From NCBI GenBank assembly GCA_965649825.1, contig OZ287699.1:836477-900476 (forward strand): DNA of 64,000 nt, read 5' to 3'. Both the position numbers and the translations under genes were made by a program. The number at the start of each line of letters is the position of its first letter. Position 1 is the first letter of the stretch. This stretch comes from Penicillus capitatus. Its lineage: Eukaryota; Plantae; Chlorophyta. Of this stretch, positions 61,094 through 64,000 are shown one piece after another. Under the pieces are notes generated by a model. That model was not told where the DNA came from, did no database searches, and was given only the letters and a program-made list of their open reading frames with translations.

Positions 61094-61780
61094 GGATTGT
61101 GAAGGCAGACGACAGCGACGGTGTCACGGCACGTAGATGATATTGAAAATCATCAAATCGCCTGTCGTCGAAAATCGCTAGCGTCGTAGTGTCAGCGATG
61201 AAAGGCGCCTGTGAACCCTCTCTGGCATAAGTGATACGTTTGGTTTGTATTGTTCCTTCTCGTTTGCCTCACTTGAGCTGATTTCCCTATACAAAATTGT
61301 TCTTGTTCTACGACTCAGCGCGGCGGAAACGTGACTCTTCCTCAAATTCCTCTCCCAAAGGGAGAATGAGGGTCAATTAAGAAAGGCTAGAGTAGTTGTC
61401 GAGATATGCGCGTAAGACATTGCAGAAATCGAGTTCTAATTAGAGTGCGGGGCAGAAAGTGAGTAGAAAACTCAACACCAGAACGGAGAAAGACAAGTTA
61501 GATAAGCAAACAAAGAACTCGAGGAGAAGTTTAATTACCCAGTGCTACCTCAAGAAGCAAGAAGTCCTTCAGAGCTTAAAACAGAACTTCTCCACGAGCT
61601 TTAGGTAACCGGAAAAGCTCAAGCAACCCGGCCACAAGCTGCACTTCGTAACTAGTCGATCCTTTAGTCTTCTAGGCTTCAGCTAACTGAACCTCTGGTT
61701 CAATTGGCTTTGCATCATCCGTCAGTTACAAAAGTTCGTTTATGTTACGCTCTCGCTTTAATGACTGCATTCAATCTAGT

Positions 61781-62182
61781 GGGGCGATGTCGGGGGTCCC
61801 CGGGGCGATGTCGGGGGTCCCCGGGGCGATGTCGGGGGTCCCCGGGGCGATGTCGGGGGTCCCCGGGGCGATGTCGGGGGTCCCCGGGGGTCCCCGGGTG
61901 GCCGGCGATGTCGGGGGTCCCCGGGGCGATGTCGGGGGTCCCCGGGGCGATGTCGGGGGTCCCCGGGGCGATGTCGGGGGTCCCCGGGGCGATGTCGGGG
62001 GTCCCCGGGGCGATGTCGGGGGTCCCCGGGGCGATGTCGGGGGTCCCCGGGTGGCCGGCGATGTCGGGGGTCCCCGGGTGGCCGGCGATGTCGGGGGTCC
62101 CCGGGTGGCCGGCGATGTCGGGGGTCCCCGGGTGGCCGGCGATGTCGGGGGTCCCCGGGTGGCCGGCCCTGTCGGGGGTCCC
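61781..62182. repeat. GC-rich minisatellite: 21-bp unit GGGGCGATGTCGGGGGTCCCC x11 and 27-bp unit GGGTGGCCGGCGATGTCGGGGGTCCCC x5 plus one variant
   Basis: Order A5, partial unit, B, A6, B4, B'; counted directly from the sequence. Confidence 0.97.
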
Positions 62183-63438
62183 GATAGTTGATGTGATTAT
62201 TGAAATGTCGTCGTAGTACGTTTGATTTCGGATTTTGTGTTTTTCTTATCCTTTTTTTCGCATTGTGCCCGCTTAACAGCGCTTACTAAGGATCCGCGAC
62301 TTTTAAGAAGCCTATTTTCTAGTTTTGAAAGCGTGATGACTCACCTGTCTAGTAAAGTCCCATTAAACTGGTGATATGAATCAGTGTTTTTGAACCTTGA
62401 AACAACCCTGCTCTGTAAAGTTAAATAGTCTTCCGCTCTTAATTTCTGAAGCGCAGCGCAGCCGGCGCGACAGTTTAGAAACTCAATGCACCCCCTTCTG
62501 TCATATCAGCGCCGTCGACGCAATGCATTTTTCAGCAACGCCTATTCTTCACAGCGACTCATTTAAGACGGAAACAAATAAATACCTCTAGATACAAATT
62601 AGGTTCATTTACCAGGATTCATGCTTATCGTCGGCTCATGCGGGCATTTTTGATTGGGATGGAAAAGAATGCAACTCTGATGTTAATCTCTCCTATAGAT
62701 TCCAGAGACTTCGCCAGTTTCTGTAACAGCCTTGTAACTCGATTTCTGTGAACTCTCTCTCGCTCATCCCGTCGAGTATTTCTCCTCGTCTTTGACGAGT
62801 CCCGGTGTATATCGAGATTCATTTAAATATGTTTTATCGGTGGAAACATTTGGTCAGTGGAAGGTCATAAGTTAAAGAAAACGACGCCCGACAGAGGAAT
62901 TCTTTATGAGCGGTCCTCAGACTTAGGGTGGTAAGAGAAAGGTCGAGTCAGTTTCCGATTCGCACTGAACCGACTTTAAAGTGCTGCTGCTTCTTCCTGG
63001 TGACACGGACTCCAATATCTCTGTTTTCTGCGACACCACAGTGTCCAGGCATTTTTCTGATGACGTTGGAACTGTGATGTTTCGAGTCGACTACGACGCC
63101 GAGACATCGGCGTCTCAGCGTCGTGCGTAAATGTGCACAAGAAGAACACGACATCGCATGATTGCAGGGCGTCCATTGGGTGATTCGACCCTCCGCCTAG
63201 TTGTCCCTGTACTGCTAGCGTTTCTTTCGACGGTCCTTCGCAAAGCGGAAAGGCCGCATTGACCCAGGAGACAGGGCGTCGACCATAAAGTCATTTCTCG
63301 TAGTCGATGTACACAGCAGATCGATTTCTGTCGGCTGCTCGACTAGCAATATGACCGGTGACGTTTGATTCCAAAAAAGCCGATTTGGACGGTGGATAAC
63401 ACGTTCTAAAAAGTTGCAACATACTGGTGTGATGTAAA

Positions 63439-64000
63439 TCAGGTGCTTTGTGTCCTGAAATCAATGAGGTCGCGTTCGAGTTGCTTTACGAGTTTCCGGA
63501 GGGCTCTGCGATTTCGAACGACCCTCATTGTCAAAGTATCAGGCATAATATTCTCCCTTGCCATCTGATCGATAAACTCTTCTGCCTGATCTGTATCTCT
63601 TCGTGCCGCACAGATCTCTAACAGAGTATTGTAAACAGCTAAAAGCAGCACAGTCACACAGGGCTGTTATAGAGAAGATGTGCAAACTGATCGTGCGCTT
63701 CAGTGAAAACTCTTTCTCCATGCGTTCGAGAATTCGAAGAATCTCGTTCCATCTAAAATTTTCTGTTTGACTGCCATATCCACGAATTAGAGAACAGAAA
63801 GTCACGTCATCTGGAGTCACGTACTCCCCTGTCCAGTCTCTCTCCATCAAACGGAGACATTATTTGAGGAGATGTTACCAAAGAGATCGTCAAAGAGTGT
63901 CTCTGCCAATTCCATTTTTCGATTGCGTGCACAGACATCCACAAGCGTCGTCGCCATCTGATCATTAAGATCTGCGGTGAGGGTCTGAAATCTCTTAGGC
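63439..64000 (-). CDS. Pentatricopeptide-repeat protein, 3' end (5' part beyond the window)
   Basis: PDDVTFCSLIRGY and VYNTLLEICAA...EEFIDQMARENIMPD are PPR motifs. Confidence 0.8.

Noticed and set aside
61401-61780. Stop-riddled reading frame running into the minisatellite (7 TAA/TAG in about 100 codons)
   Set aside because: The stop count is close to chance for this composition and no transposon protein motif is recognisable.
61781-62182. CRISPR array or collagen-like coding repeat
   Set aside because: No unique spacers, eukaryotic context, the frame is broken by a partial unit, and there is no credible ATG or splice context.

Overview
Gene-dense nuclear DNA of a photosynthetic eukaryote, most likely a chlorophyte green alga with a flagellated stage. 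Support: transit-peptide genes PsbO, FBA and PSRP3, an rbcS relic, ribosomal P3, the axonemal gene DRC7, and a eukaryotic tRNA-Thr(AGT). It uses the standard code. Introns are very short (about 45-65 nt) and an unusually large share have GC donors. About 35 protein genes can be reconstructed by splicing the ORF fragments by eye. Main points of interest: (1) a spliced 545-aa gene fusing a WOX-like K50 homeodomain to a 6-phospho-3-hexuloisomerase-like SIS domain with a degenerate terminal motif, a candidate sugar-phosphate-sensing transcription factor; (2) a GC-rich inverted segmental duplication (1-3930 vs 13731-17667, left arm running off the window) carrying Argonaute, an unannotated 77-aa gene head-to-head with it, PSRP3 and the last exon of RPB3; (3) an intron-retaining rbcS pseudogene; (4) a same-strand TCAB1/ATX1 overlap or fusion; (5) an LRR-Kelch-DRC7 gene; (6) two tandem repeats. 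All gene models are manual and unverified by RNA data, and no database search was run.
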